From Azolla caroliniana (lineage: Eukaryota > Plantae > Polypodiophyta), in NCBI GenBank assembly GCA_043228905.1, contig JBHGNT010000006.1, forward strand, positions 19,344,001 to 19,408,000: a stretch of 64,000 nucleotides of DNA. The letters are read 5' to 3'. Of this stretch, positions 10,801 through 23,302 are shown piece by piece (positions within the stretch are counted from its first letter, which is position 1; each line of letters begins with the position of its first letter). The position numbers were made by a program, and so were the translations under genes. The notes beneath the pieces were generated by a model. It saw nothing but the letters and a program-made list of their open reading frames with translations, did no database searches and had not been told where the DNA came from.

Positions 10801-11598
10801 GGTTAACACTCGAAGATCCGGCCGAAGACGGTGAAGAAACAGAACCGGCCGAAGAAGATGAAAATGATGCCGGAACCGGCCCCGATCCCAAAATGGATTC
10901 GGATGAAGAAGAATCGGAAGAACCGGTTACCGAAGCTCCGGAACGGAGATATCCTCTAAGAGAGAGAAGGGCTCCCCGGAGATTTCCGGAACCAGAGCAC
11001 GTGCTGCTAACCGACGAGGGGGAGCCGGAGAGCTTTGAAGAAGCGAAGCATGACACCCATAGCCGCAGGTGGTTAAGTGCCATGCAGGAGGAGATGGATT
11101 CCCTGCATGAGAACCACACATATGAGAGATCCGGATGCGGGGACATATCTGTGAATATGTTTGCCAAGGGCCCTTGAGGCTATAGTTGTAAATAGCCCTA
11201 AAGTCATATGTGTATAAATATGACTTAGGGCAAACAGTTTTGATGTTGCTACTCATTTTTCTGTTTTTCCACTTAAGAGGAGTGGAGAGAGAGCAGCCGT
11301 GAGAGAGATAGAGCGTGAGAGACGAAGAGGTCGACGCCTCTGTGTAATTCCGCCGCCTGTGGCGAGGACAACGAGCTCAAGGTCGTCGCCTTGCAGCTCG
11401 CCATTGTATATTTCTCTGTGCATAGTTTTGGTTCGGAGTCTTGTACTCCCGTGGTTTTTTCCCGTACAGGGTTTTCCACGTTAAATCGTGTGTCCACTTA
11501 TTTACTTTTGCATTACCCATTTTTTGCAACAACGATTCGTGTGTTTCCTTGGTTGTGGCCGAGAGGTGAAGTTTGGAAAGTGTCGATTATTTCCATCA
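7885..11598 (+). mobile_element. Element G: Ty1/copia element lacking RT-RH, PPT and the first 130 bp of its 3' LTR
   Basis: 5' LTR 7885-8489, tRNA-iMet PBS TGGTATCAGAGC 8493-8504, partial 3' LTR 11124-11598, TSD CTTCA. Confidence 0.93.
8520..11177 (+). CDS. gag-pol: Truncated copia polyprotein (Gag, CCHC knuckle, protease with D->N, GAG-pre-integrase, integrase); reads into the 3' LTR
   Basis: ATG 8520 (MEGGG); CFHCGKPGHFRKNC; WVVNSGASFH; HTDVC...DNGGEY...NGLAERMN; stops after ENHTYE plus LTR-derived residues. Confidence 0.85.
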   Translation: MEGGGSGQPGMMVLNAQNYADWKIKMEDLLIVRDLYEPIDRSEIPKGVLESEWRLLNRKAVATIRQYVDVSVLQHVANDINAYEMWRKLSGLYERKNALNRTSLMRKIVNLKYRDGESMVEHVSTFMGFVNQLAAIKFPLEDAMQAIILMCTLPESWENLVVTLSTSCTEDNLSLQTVKTSILNEEARRRDKEPASDSKALLTESERGRQWNRSPQRREKSGTRSQSRGRPTCFHCGKPGHFRKNCRHYRKDNGADDTDSKKSPERNGAYRGATDRRGPDRRGQDRKGTTALAASEEEIMLITEERELSLAGEEMTWVVNSGASFHLTPEKKYFSSYTAGEHGCVRMGNEGTCRIAGIGDVWLMTSTGCKMLLKDVRHVPEVRLNLISAGRLDDEGYTGSIRNGVMKFSKGSLIVARARKVNTLYLMNSRLCPEELNVAADTAGELWHKRLCHMSEKGMKRLTEDNLIPVKHVHLEKCTDCLAGKQNRTSFHSRPPTRRSAPLELVHTDVCQVETKSHGGAQYFVTFIDDHSRKLWTAPLKTKDQVLCVFKELHARVERESGKKLKAIRADNGGEYRGQFAKYCRSKGIRLEFTVPKTPELNGLAERMNRTIMDRVRSMLAHAELPKGFWAEAMSTATYVINRSPSVPLDGDTPQRVWTGREVSYRHLKVFGCLAYVHVAKDRRGKLDPKTRPCIFLGYGDDEFGYRVWDPVDKKIFRSRDIIFMENKTLADWESEKKMKSSKSTGEDKLYKEQSRPARDRLTLEDPAEDGEETEPAEEDENDAGTGPDPKMDSDEEESEEPVTEAPERRYPLRERRAPRRFPEPEHVLLTDEGEPESFEEAKHDTHSRRWLSAMQEEMDSLHENHTYERSGCGDISVNMFAKGP

Positions 11599-13779
11599 CT
11601 TCATGGTTGATCTCTGTAGCATTGAATTTGTGTGAATGGAAAGCCACTAGATGAAGTTGCCCATCATCTCCCTGTTGTGAGAAGATGCTTACGAGAGCAA
11701 AATCCGATGCATCAACTTCCATAATGAATGGTTTGTGGGGATCAACACAAGCTAATATAGGGAAGATGTAAATGCCTTTTCTAGATCCATAAAAGCCTTG
11801 GTTGCACCAGGTGTCCAAATAAATGACTGATTCTTTTGGGTGAGTTGGGTAAGAGGTAAAATGATCACCGAATACCCCTTAATGAATTTGCGATAGAAGT
11901 TTGCAAATCCTAAAAAACATTGGACATCTTGGACCGAACATGGAATTTGCCAATCTAACACTGTTTGAACTTTAGCCGGATCCATCGAGATACCTTCGGA
12001 TGAAACAACATAGCCCAAAAACTCTACTTTTTTGCAATCAAAATTGCATTTCTCCAACTTAGCATAAAGGCCATATTCATGCAACCGTTGTAAAACTTGC
12101 TGAACATGGGCATTATGCTCTTCCTGTGTCTTGGAATAGATAAGTAGATCATCTAAGTAAATAATAAAAAAGATATCTAGAAAATCCTAAAAGATATCAT
12201 TAGCCATATGCTGAAAAATTGCACGTGCATTAGTAAGTTCAAACGGTATGAGTGTATATTCAAAATGGCCATATCGAGTGCGAAAAGCCGTCTTCCATTC
12301 ATCGCCAGGACGAATCCAGAAAAGATTATCACCTTGGAGATCAATTTTAGTAAAAAAAATTGCCCCACTAATCTGTTCTAAAAGGCTAGAGATCAAAGGT
12401 AATGCATACCTATTTCTGATAGTGACCTTATTCAACCCTCGATAATCCACCACCAAACGAAGTGAGCCATCTTTCTTTTTCAAATATCCTTATCCCTTTT
12501 CTCTTGTCCGCGTGCTGACAATTTGAACCAGAATAACTTGAAAGTAGTGAGGGGCTTCCATTTATAGGAGTAGGTAATGACACATGCAAGAGCAAGCAAT
12601 GCCATGTGCTATCCCTTCATGAGTTTCCTTAAATGTTCTAGAAAGTTCCACAATGTTCCATAATGATCTAGAATGTTCTATAATGTTGTATGCATACATC
12701 TCTTAATAATGACATGAATTATTATCATATAATCTAAATGACCTAGTGGGTAAGGTGCTATAAGATGAGTGCCAGGGTCGAGGGTTGGAGCTTTGGCATG
12801 ACCAGAAATCATGACATGTGAGCCGGTTTGTCGAATGCTTTTGCACACACTAACTTTCACAATTAGCATCATCCTTTCGAATTCTCCCGCTTGATTGCTT
12901 GAGGATGCCATCTCCAAGTATCGGTCGATCCTCGACTTGATCCTTCCTACCTCCTCTTTCACGTCGGTTTCACCACTTAATTATGTCGTGAAAATCCGTC
13001 ACTATGTGTAGATCGTGAGGCGGAACCATCAGGGTCCTGGACCGAAAGGATTCGAAGTTTGTACTAGCTTTAGCGAGAAAGTATTTAAAATAGATTGAGA
13101 TAAAGATTGAATGCATGACTTTAGATTTGAGAGACAAGATACACCACCATTAGGATAACTTGATTTATTATTATTATTATTATTAATTTCTTCCCAATTT
13201 CTTCACTAGTCCCTTCTTGCTTGATTCCTCCATTCTTTTATAGATGCCCCCATGCATATGATGCATGTGAGCGTGCAAGACATGCACATAATACATGAAA
13301 TGCATGCGATGCATGCATGGCATGTCACTCATCCAAGCTCTCATGTATGACATTTTACATATGAAAAGTACAATGATAAAAGTATAACCTTAAGACCCAC
13401 ATGACTTACCACTAAGCTAAGTCATGTGGCTCATATCTAGGAGGTGCAAGGTTCAATTCTTACTTATACCCCATAAACACAAAATTTTATACGGCTTTAG
13501 TCTTGTATTTACCAATGTTTAACTGCATATTGTGGCGGTCACATGGACCACACCCAAATTAGGCCACCCAAATTAGGCCCCTACCAAGCCCCATAATTAG
13601 AAGAGCTAATTGGAGCGGGAGAACACCCTCCACGCTAAGAGTAGTCTATAAAATGTAACTTAGAACGTAATGGAAAGGGAGCTATTCTTGAGAGCATTTC
13701 ACATCTTGAGCATTTCACATCTTGGTGGAGGAGACGGGCAAAGCAACCCCAACTCACGACCCCAACAACACACGCCACG

Positions 13780-14732
13780 ATGCAACACGACAACAACGGC
13801 GGCAACGCCAACTCAATGAATCCGGAATTCCTCCAACAACAAATTCAAGACCATCAGCCCACATCACCAATCGATCACCTGGTTCAAGCCCTGTCCAACA
13901 TTATTTTACAAGTTAACCATACTAACCAAGCCATGTTGTCATTTCTTTCAGCAAGATCCGAGCCACACCAGAATCTCCCGGACCCTCGATTCACCCAAGA
14001 CCATTCTTCGGCCTACCATCGGAAGACGTCCTCTCTTGGCTGGATCATTTCGAAATGGTGGCCAGTTACCACCAGTGGCCACACCCCCGGAAGGCAATGG
14101 AAATGAAGACACTCCTCGAGAATATCGCAGCAACATGGCTCGTACAACAACCCAAAGAGACACGCAACGTCTGGGATCTGTTATGGGCAGCCATGATTCG
14201 GAATTTTGCTCATCAAGACTCCCGCCAGACAGCCCTACAACAACTCGAGTCAATTGCCCAACAACCACGCGAACCCATCACCCAGTTCGTGGTTTGGTTT
14301 GTGCAGATGCTACGTCGGGCTGACGCCAACATGTCGGAAGACATGAAGTTGTTTTTCTTCTGGCCGCGTATCCGACATGACCTCTGCCGCCGTGTACGCG
14401 ATCAACGCCCGAAGACACTACACGAAGCCATTCTCACCGCCCAACGCATCGAAGCTGCAGACGCGCACGACATGCACACACTAGGTAATCTCAGTCACGA
14501 TCATACAAACACTATGCCAGCCGCCACTCCCATGGACATCAACATCCAAAATGCGCTATTACGCGCTAAGCGTGCATTGCCCGAACGAGATAGCCAAGGA
14601 CGCCCCAAATGTTTGTACTGCAACAACTATGGCCACATTTGGCGTCACTGCCAAAAGTGGCAAAATCACCAACAGAAGCAGAACGTCCAATTACTCGATG
14701 CTGCCTCCCTCTCTAAGCTCCAGGAAAACTAA
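13780..14732 (+). pseudogene. gag: gag of E (frameshift near 13990), CCHC knuckle CLYCNNYGHIWRHC
   Basis: ORFs 13780-14106 and 14055-14732. Confidence 0.85.
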
Positions 14733-17700
14733 TGCGCGGGGTGCCGCCGGGAGAGCCGCCCCCGCATGTCCACACCTCCACGTCATCAACTTCTCCCATT
14801 TCTCCCATGATCGAGCCGCCCCCGCACGTCCACACCTCCACGTCATCAACTTCTCCCGTTTATACCACGATCGAGCCAACCCTGCATGTCCACGCCTCTA
14901 CGTCATCAACTTCGCCCGTTTGTACCACAATCGCCCGCCTCCAACACACGACCCAAGAAGTTCTCCTCGACTGTGGTAGCAACATCTCTTCCATCATCGC
15001 AGATTTACTCACCCAATTACAACTCCCCACGAGCCACGCACCGCCCATTAAAATCCTCTTCGGTGACCAACAATGGGTGTACCACTCACATACGCAAGTC
15101 ATGTGCATGCTCACCATCAATTCCGCCCAGATCCAACATCATTTCTACGTCCTCCCGCGCCAGTTGTTCCCAATCACCCTGGGTGGTGATTGGTTCCTCC
15201 ATAGTCGAGCCTGTCTTGATCTCTCCTCACAACAGCTCATCCTCCCCAATCACCTTCTGATCGCGCTCTTCACTACTCCGCGAGATACCACCCACATCAG
15301 CAACACATAGTACCTGGTATCACCGACAGAGCGCATCCACGACATCCGACGGCTCCTAGCCACCTTTCCCTCATTGTCTACACCACCTGCAAAACCTCCC
15401 TTGGTCCGTTTTCCGATCCACCACACGATTCCTACAGGCAACGCCTGCCCCATCCACGCAGCTCCTCGACGTCGCTCGCCTCTCGACCACGAGCGCATCG
15501 ACAACGCCGTCAAAACTATGCTACAACAAGGGATTATCACACCTTCCAAGAGCGAGTGGATCTCGGAGCCACACATGGTAAAGAAAGGGGATGGCTCTTA
15601 CCGTTTTTGTGTCGACTTCCGACAACTAAACCATGTCACCACCCATGACCGATATCCTCTCCCTCGTATCGACGACCTCCTTGACCAGCTCGGCAAATCA
15701 AAGTACTTCACCTCCCTTGATCTAGCCACGGGATATTGGCAGATCCCTATGAATCCTAAAGATGCCCACAAAACTGCATTCCGCACTAGGAAAGGCATTT
15801 TTCAGTTCACACAGATGCCCTTCGGCCTATCCGATGCTGGGAGCACATTCCAGCAAATGGCTAACGCCATCTTCGATGATCTCATCACCCGTCGCGTTGT
15901 CATCTTCTATCTAGACGATATTCTGATACATACAAGAACTTGGGTGGAACACCTTCAAGTCCTTTGGGAGGTCCTCACTTGTGTTCAACGCTATCGATTG
16001 CTGCTGCAATGGAAGAAGTGTCGATGGGGTAGTACGCGCCTCCACTTCCTCGGGTACATCATCTCCTCCGACGGAGTAGAGATGGACCCAAAGAAGACGG
16101 AAGCAGTACAAAAATTCCCACGCCCCACCACAATCAAGCAGCTTCAACGCTTCCTCGGCCTCCTCACGTTCTCTCTCCGCTTCATCCTACGGCTAGCCGA
16201 CCTGTCAGCCCCACTATGCGCGCTCCTGCAAAAAGACACACCCTTCCTATGGACCGAAGCCTGCGAATCCACCTTCCTATAGCTCAAGCGAACATTCCAA
16301 GCCTCTAACCTCCTCACCCACCCTGATTTCACGAAGCCTTTCCATCTGCAGACGGATGCCTCCAATGTCGGTCTTGGTGTGGTCCTGCTCCAATCCGACG
16401 ACAACGACCAACTACGCCTGATTGCTTACATAAGTCAGTCACTTACCAAAGCCGAACAAAATTACTTGACAACCAAAAAAGAGTTGCTCGCCATCGTCTA
16501 GGCATTCCATCGTTTCCACCCATACCTGCACGGATCAAATACATCAGTCGAAATCGACCATCAACCATTGCTCTCCCTCATAAAGAAGGCTCATCCACCC
16601 GGTCGTTTACTCCGTTGGGCTTTGGCGCTACAGGATTACACATTCACGTTGCACTATCGCTGTGGTCCCCAAAACATCGTCTTTGATGGATTATCCCGCA
16701 TATCCGTTCAGGTGAACCTGGTCGCCTCTGACACAATCAATTTCCCCATATCCTCGTCCCAAATAGCCAACATGCAACAACACGACAAAAAAATCCAAGA
16801 CATCTGCCACCACCTACGAGCCGAGCCCACATCATCCCTCACCAAGCAATTCATGATCCAGGATAATGTCCTGCTTTTTTGCCAAGTAGGCAAGGAACCC
16901 CGGGTCTACGTGCCTGAGCAACTACGCCTGTCTTACCTTCGTTTCTTCCACGATCACCCGTTGTCCGGCCACTTGGGTTTTCAGAAGGTGCTAGACAAAA
17001 TCCATTGCAAAATCTAGTGGCTGGGGCTACGCCACGAGGTCGCCTCCTACATCAAAGCATGCAACTTATGTCAGGCCATCAAATCACCTCAAGTGGCTCA
17101 AGGCCTCTTACATCCGATACAAGTTCCAGCTCCATTTGAAATTTTCGGATGGGACATTATGGGCCCCTTTCCCGAGTCACAAGAAGGGAACAAATTCATC
17201 CTTGTCATAACCGAGTACTTGACGCGTTGGGCTGAGACGGCCGCTATCCCAGATGCCAAGGCTATGACCATCGCCTCCAAACTATTGGAGAAAATCATCT
17301 TCCCCCATGGGTGCCCACTCCAAATCTTGTCCGATCGAGGACCCCAGTTCAACAGCGAGCTCCTACACCTAGTTTCTACACAATTAGGAATCCAACAATT
17401 ATTCACGTCACCCTACCATCCACAGACGAATGGATTGACGGAGCGCCTCAATCGAACCTTAAAACAACAAATCTCGGCCTACATCAATCCGCTGCACTCG
17501 ACCTGGGACCAGATCTTGCCCTTCGTTACGCATGCCTACAACACAACTGTGCAAGCCTCCACCCGCATTAGCCCATTTCAGGCCCTTTACGGAAGGGACC
17601 CGTGCTTACCCCCAGAAGTGGCAGTCCCACAACCAATCACACGACTCCACTCTGACGCAGTGTCCTGGTGGTCCCACCTACAACAACTCCAGCCCCTCCT

Positions 17701-18125
17701 GCGCAAAGCCATCACGAGCAACTTGCACCAAGCACAGTTACGCCAAAAACGACAACACGATGTAGGCCGCGCCAACCATCAATACCACATCGGCGACAAA
17801 GTCCTCGTCTATTTCCCCATCCGTCATCGCGGCCTCAACAAGTCGCTCATGCACCGATGCATCGGTCCCTTCGAAGTTCGAAAGCAAATACGCAACACTA
17901 CATATCTTCTCCGTCACGCCTCCAACAACCGCTCTACCTTTGCCAACGCCCTTCCATCAGCTACCATTGCCCCCGCCCACGGTCATGCCCACACCCACGC
18001 CCACGCCCACGCCCACGCCCACGTCCACGCCCATGCCCACGCCCGTGTCATCTCCCCACCTAGAATCGTCGTCCACGCCCCGTCGCGATCCGACCGCACA
18101 ATAACTTTATTTTACAAGGGGGAAC
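14732..18125 (+). pseudogene. pol: pol of E (PR LLDCGS, RT YLDD, RH, INT; no chromodomain), several in-frame stops
   Basis: ORFs 14732-15310, 15374-16282, 16568-17017 and 17093-18157. Confidence 0.88.
14753..14932 (+). repeat. 3 x 60-bp tandem repeat at the start of E pol
   Basis: Units start at 14753, 14813 and 14873 (EPPPHVHTSTSSTSP...). Confidence 0.9.
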
Positions 18126-19012
18126 TGTGGCGGTCACATGGACCACACCCAAATTAGGCCACCCAAATTAGGCCCCTACCAAGCCCCATAATTAGAAGAG
18201 CTAATTGGAGCAGGAGAACACCCTCCACGCTAAGAGTAGTCTATAAAATGTAACTTGGAACGTAATGGAAAGGGAGTTGTTCTTGAGAGCATTTCACAAT
18301 ATTACACCTTCAATTGACCTTCAATGAACCGATGGAACTATTAGACAATTTTGTTCTTTTCACACCGAAAAATCTTCAAGACACCGTGTGTCGCAACCAA
18401 CCTATTCGACAGACCCGACCGTCCGTCTGTCCGGTCTTGACCGGTCCTGTCCACATCCGATCCGCATTCCATCTGGTTCGGTCCAGATCCGTTTGTCCGA
18501 TCTGGTTCCGTCATCGTCTCTCTGTTTCGGTTCCGATTCCGGTTCAGTCGTCGTTCGTCAGTTCCGGTTCTGGTTCAATCGTCGTACGTTTGTTCTGGTT
18601 CTATCACCGTCTGTCCGGTCCGATTCTCCAAAACCAGTACGAGTAGTTAAGCCACAGTTTAGCCCAAGAACATTTTGTGCTCCACATATAGATAGAAAGT
18701 AATCAATTCTGCCTCTACTTATATACTGTGGGATCCTGATTTGTCCTATCTATGTGGGATATTTCATAGTTCTGTTTTTCTCTTCTTCTTCTCAAACTTC
18801 ACATTCACATAACTTGACATTTAGTTGTATGTTTCAAATGTAGTAAAGTACATTCGGGAGATCTTGAAAACATCCATCTTTTCATACCAAGATATTAAAC
18901 TTATCTAAAATAGTGTCTTTACTATTATTGTTTCATATCATGTGTGAAGAACCACACTCGATTTTATATGTTCCTCACAATTTTCACACCATTGCTGAAA
19001 ATCTTCACGACA

Positions 19013-20495
19013 ACGGTAGTAGATCAATATAAGAAGAGGGAACATTTTCTACCTTGTACTAAGGAAATCACTAGTGAAGAAACCGCTGAAACTGTCATGC
19101 GTGAGGTATTTCAACATCATGGCCTCCCCGATAATATCATCAGCGATGGTGGACCTCAATTCGTCTCGAAATTCTGAAAGCATCTCTTCAAAATGCTTAA
19201 GGTCACTTGTAACCTATCCTTTGACTACCACTTGCAAATAGATGGACAAGCAGAACGAACAAATCAAACAATGGAACAATATCTTCGGTGTTTTCTAAGC
19301 TATCAACAAGACGACTAGGCGGATATTCTCCACTTTGCCGAATTTGCGTATAATAACTTTGTCCACTCACCGACTAGGGTTACACCATTTTATGCTTATA
19401 TAGGCTATCATCCAAGGTGATGTGTATTCGAAACTGCGGAGTTACCCACAAATCTTTGTGCAAAGGATTGTTTAGAGCGGCTACACAAGATACATGCAGA
19501 CTTATCTACTCATTTACAACAACCTCAACAAACACAAAAGGATTATGAAGACCGTCATTAGCTTCCATTCAGTTTTGACATTGAAGATCGAGTATGTCTA
19601 TTACGACGACACATCAAGACTACTCGCTCATGCGATAAATTGGACTATCGACGATTCGGTTCTTTTCGTATTATCGAAAAAATTAATGGTGTCGCTTTTC
19701 GTCTCGATCTACCTCTGCAACTACGGATACATTCGGTTCTTCATAGTTCTCTTTTTGAACTGTATCAAGACAACACTATTAGGAATCGTATTACACCACC
19801 TCCAACCCCGATCGACCTTGAAGCAGGACCAGAGTACGAAGTAGCTACCATCCTCGATTCCAAGATTGTTTGCAACAAGCTCTACTATTGGCTAGGCTAT
19901 GGTCAAAGCGAGCGTACTTGGGAACCGGTCGAGAATGTGGTAAATGCTCGAGCTATTGTTGAGGACTTTCATTGGCAATATCTCGACAAGCCAAGTCCTC
20001 CATCTAAGACGACTACTAACACTCGTCGTCTTAAAGGGGGGAGGGAGGGTGGTGTCATGATATGGCATGGTGTAGCTTCAAAAGGATTTGAACCCATGAC
20101 CTTGTGTCACATAAGTTAAGCTATACATTGTAATACAAAAAATATTATTTCCATTTATTATTTCACTTAGGAAATCCATGTATATTCTCGATTTCTCTGG
20201 AACATTCCAAAAATGTCAAGAGTATTCATAAGCCACATTTCTAGTGTATTCCTAAGCCACTATAAAAAGAGGCACATGGCATTATTGAGAACCAAATCGG
20301 TTCAACGCCAGTCTTAAGCCCCCTAGCTATGCTTGTATATTCTTTTCATATAATATATATCATTTGTTATCATAGCTCTCCCTCTCTCTCTCTCTCTCAC
20401 TCACTCTCTCCCTCCCAAGAGTTCTACACCCCTGTTAGTACTAATCCTCGTCTTTTAGTATTAATTCCCTCTCTATCTAAGTATTACTCCTGACA
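19013..20495 (+). mobile_element. Element H2: 3' end of a degraded Tcn1-like chromovirus (INT, chromodomain, 3' LTR 20053-20495)
   Basis: YEVATILDSK...TWEPVEN; PPT; LTR homologous to the A family; followed by H3 gag. Confidence 0.85.
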
Positions 20496-23302
20496 CGAGC
20501 TCGACACGCTAACAACTAAAATTTGTGGCCCTCGAGCAAGAAAATCAAAGATTGCTAGGAGATCTACAATAAGTAAGTGTTGAGGAAGTACAACAATATG
20601 AAGAATTATCACAACGGGTGCACCAATTGGAGACTACTCTATTGCAACGACAAGCGGTGAAAGTTCAAACCTCACCGAAAGAACCAAAGATTAGTCTGTT
20701 GGCCAAGTTTGATGGTACAAGGTCTCAATTTCGTGGATTTTTAAATCATGTACGACTTGTGATTAAATTGCATCCTAGTCGTTACCCAACTAATCTTGCT
20801 CGTGTGGGACTAGTTGGTACCTTCTTAACGGGTACCGCATTAGCATGGTTTGCACCACTCCTAGAGAAGCACTCACCATTATTAGAAGATTTTGAAGGGT
20901 TTATTAAAGAGTTCGAAGACAACTTTGGAGACACCGATAGTATGAGGACCATAATAAACAAAATTTGACGATTATAACAAGGGGATCGTCCTGCTTCTGC
21001 TTATGACGCAGATTTTCGCCTTCTAGCATGTGATATTCCATGGGACGAGGCGGCGTTAATGGACCAATTTCGTCAACGTCTGAACAATGATGTGAAGGAT
21101 TCACTTCTTACCTTCCATAATGATCCAAAATCTCTTACTGAAGCAATAAGTAGGGCCATGCAATGTGACAATCACTTATTTGGGCGACGTTCTGAACGCC
21201 AACCAATGTTATGGTACCGACCAGCAGAAACATATGCTTCGGTGTTCACAACTCCACCTCAAGTATCAAAGACAAATTTGGTGGACGACCCTATTCCAAT
21301 GGAAATCTAGACAACACAACGTTGTCGTGAAGATCCGTCACTACGTGCAGATCGTGAGGTGGAACCGTCGGGGTTCTAGACCGGAAGGACTCGAAGTTTG
21401 CACTAGCTTTCGTGAGAAAGGATTTAAGATAGATTGAAAAGAGAAAGATTGAGATAAGATAGAACGCCTGACTTTAGATTGAGAAAGATTGAAATGGAGA
21501 AAAGAGATTAAGATTGAACCCTTTACTTTAGATTTGAGGAACAAGATATATCATCAATTGGATAACGAATTTTCTTCTTAACATTAATTTTGATATAAAG
21601 TACAAAGCTTGCTTGATAAATCCCTAGCCCCCCGTTTTTCTTCTTCATCCACTCTTTTATAAACGCCCCATGCATATGATGCATGTGAGGGTACAAGACA
21701 TGCATACAATGCATGGAATGCATGTGATACATGTTTGCCATTTCGCGCTCATCCATTACATGTGATGCATGATAACCATGTCACTCAATCAAGCTCTAAT
21801 ATGAGATTTTACATGTAAAAGTATAATGATAGAAAAAACATTTTTAAGGAAATGACTAAGCTTAGTGCTAAATCTATTGCCTTCTATATTGGAGGTGCAA
21901 GGTTCAAGCCTTGCTTGCATCCCTTTGATTACAAATTTCTAATAGGTTTTTTAATCTAGATGATTTTGTTCGTTTCACACCAAAATCGTCGCGATCAACC
22001 TATCCGATCGATCCGTCTATCCGGTCCGCTTCCGACCTGGTAATCTAGTCTATCCGGTCTGGTTCCTTCGTCATCCGGTTCCGTCGCCATAGATGATTTT
22101 GTTCGTTTCACACCAAAATCGTCGTGATCAACCTATCCGATTGATTCGTCTATCCGGTTCGCTTTCGACCCGGTGATCTAGTTTATCCGGTCTGGTTCCT
22201 TCGTCGTCCGATCCTCTTTCGACTCCATCGTCGTCCATCCGGTCTGGTTCCGGCTCCATCGCCGCCCGTCTGGTTCCCGTTCCGTCATCATCGTTGTCTG
22301 TCCGATTCCGGTTCCGTCGCCGACCGCCCGGTTTCGGTTTCGGTTCCATCGCCGGTTTCGTCGTCGTCCGGTCGCCCAAAACCATTACGAGTAGTTAAGC
22401 CACAGTTTAACCCAAGAACATTTTGTGTTCCACTCATAGACAGAAAGTAATAAGTTCTGGCTCTTCTTATACTCTGTGGGATCCTGATTTGTCCTATCTA
22501 TGTGGGATATCTCATAGTTTTTGTTTTTCTCTTCTTCTTCTCAAACTTCACACTCACATAACTGGACACTAAGTTGTCCATTTCATATGTAGTAAAATGC
22601 ATTTGAAAGCTCTTGAAGACATCCATCTTTTCGTACCAAGATATAAATTAATATATTCATTATTATTGTTTCATATTTTGTGTAAAGAACCACACTCCAT
22701 TTTGTACATTCCATGCAATTTTCACACCGTTGCCGAAAATCTTCACGACATCCACCCCCACCAAACCGCACATCCTCCGGTATGTGCCAAGAAGAGAGAG
22801 TGTGAGATTTCGGCTACGGTGATCAATTAGATTCCTCCACGTTCTCGTGTACATAACTAGAGTTTGTAGGTTCTATCCTACTATCTTCATCGTCGAGGTG
22901 ATCAAGGTCAAGATCCTCGTCTTGTCTTTTCTTGAAAATCTTTACTCTTTTTCCTACAATGGGTATGGCCAATCTTGATCCATCTTGCTCCGTAAGGTGG
23001 TATGTGTCATTGTTGTTGGCACTTATCACTATATATGGTCTGAACCATCTTCTTGCGAACTTCCTTGTTGTACTGTGTTGATTATAAGGCTGTTGTCATA
23101 GACCAATACCCAATCTCCTTCTTCAATCTTCTTGGGACGTAGTCGATGCGTCTTGTCTAACCGAATTTTGTTCTTCACTCAAGTTGCCTCCATCATCTTT
23201 CGCGCTTTTTCTAGATCTTCAAGTCTCCTTTCAATTTTCCTTATCTGTGCCGCTAATAATTCTTCTCGGTTCATCTCGTTCTCCCATGGTATCGCTACCC
23301 AT

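Larger units (their letters stand above)
1178..12816 (-). mobile_element. Element H1: degraded Tcn1-like chromovirus split by insertions T, A and G (pieces 1178-1958 INT, 7573-7884 RH, 11599-12481 RT/RH, LTR remnant 12482-12816)
   Basis: Pol continues across the insertions (KQILLGPA|WLQAVEV; INHEV|HDKELL). The LTR remnant starts TGTCATGA at 12816 with HSE and TATA and joins directly to KKKDGSLRL. Confidence 0.8.
13531..18298 (+). mobile_element. Element E: short-LTR non-chromovirus Ty3/gypsy element with 4-bp TSD ATAT
   Basis: LTRs 13531-13703 and 18126-18298 (173 bp each), PBS TGGTGGAGGAGACGGGCA 13723-13740 (tRNA-Ala-like, tentative), PPT AAGGGGGAAC. Confidence 0.92.
12817..19012 (-). mobile_element. 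Element X1: 5' LTR (12984-19012, split by E), tRNA-Trp PBS and gag start of a non-chromovirus gypsy element
   Basis: LTR ends TGTCGTGAAAAT / ATCTTCACGACA, homologous to X2 LTRs; PBS complement at about 12958-12975; gag start matches X2. Confidence 0.8.

Noticed and set aside
17965-18050. His-Ala repeat as a metal-binding domain on E integrase
   Set aside because: It is a (CCACGC)n microsatellite past the point where integrase similarity fades; the other frame gives (PR)n; there is no evidence of selection.
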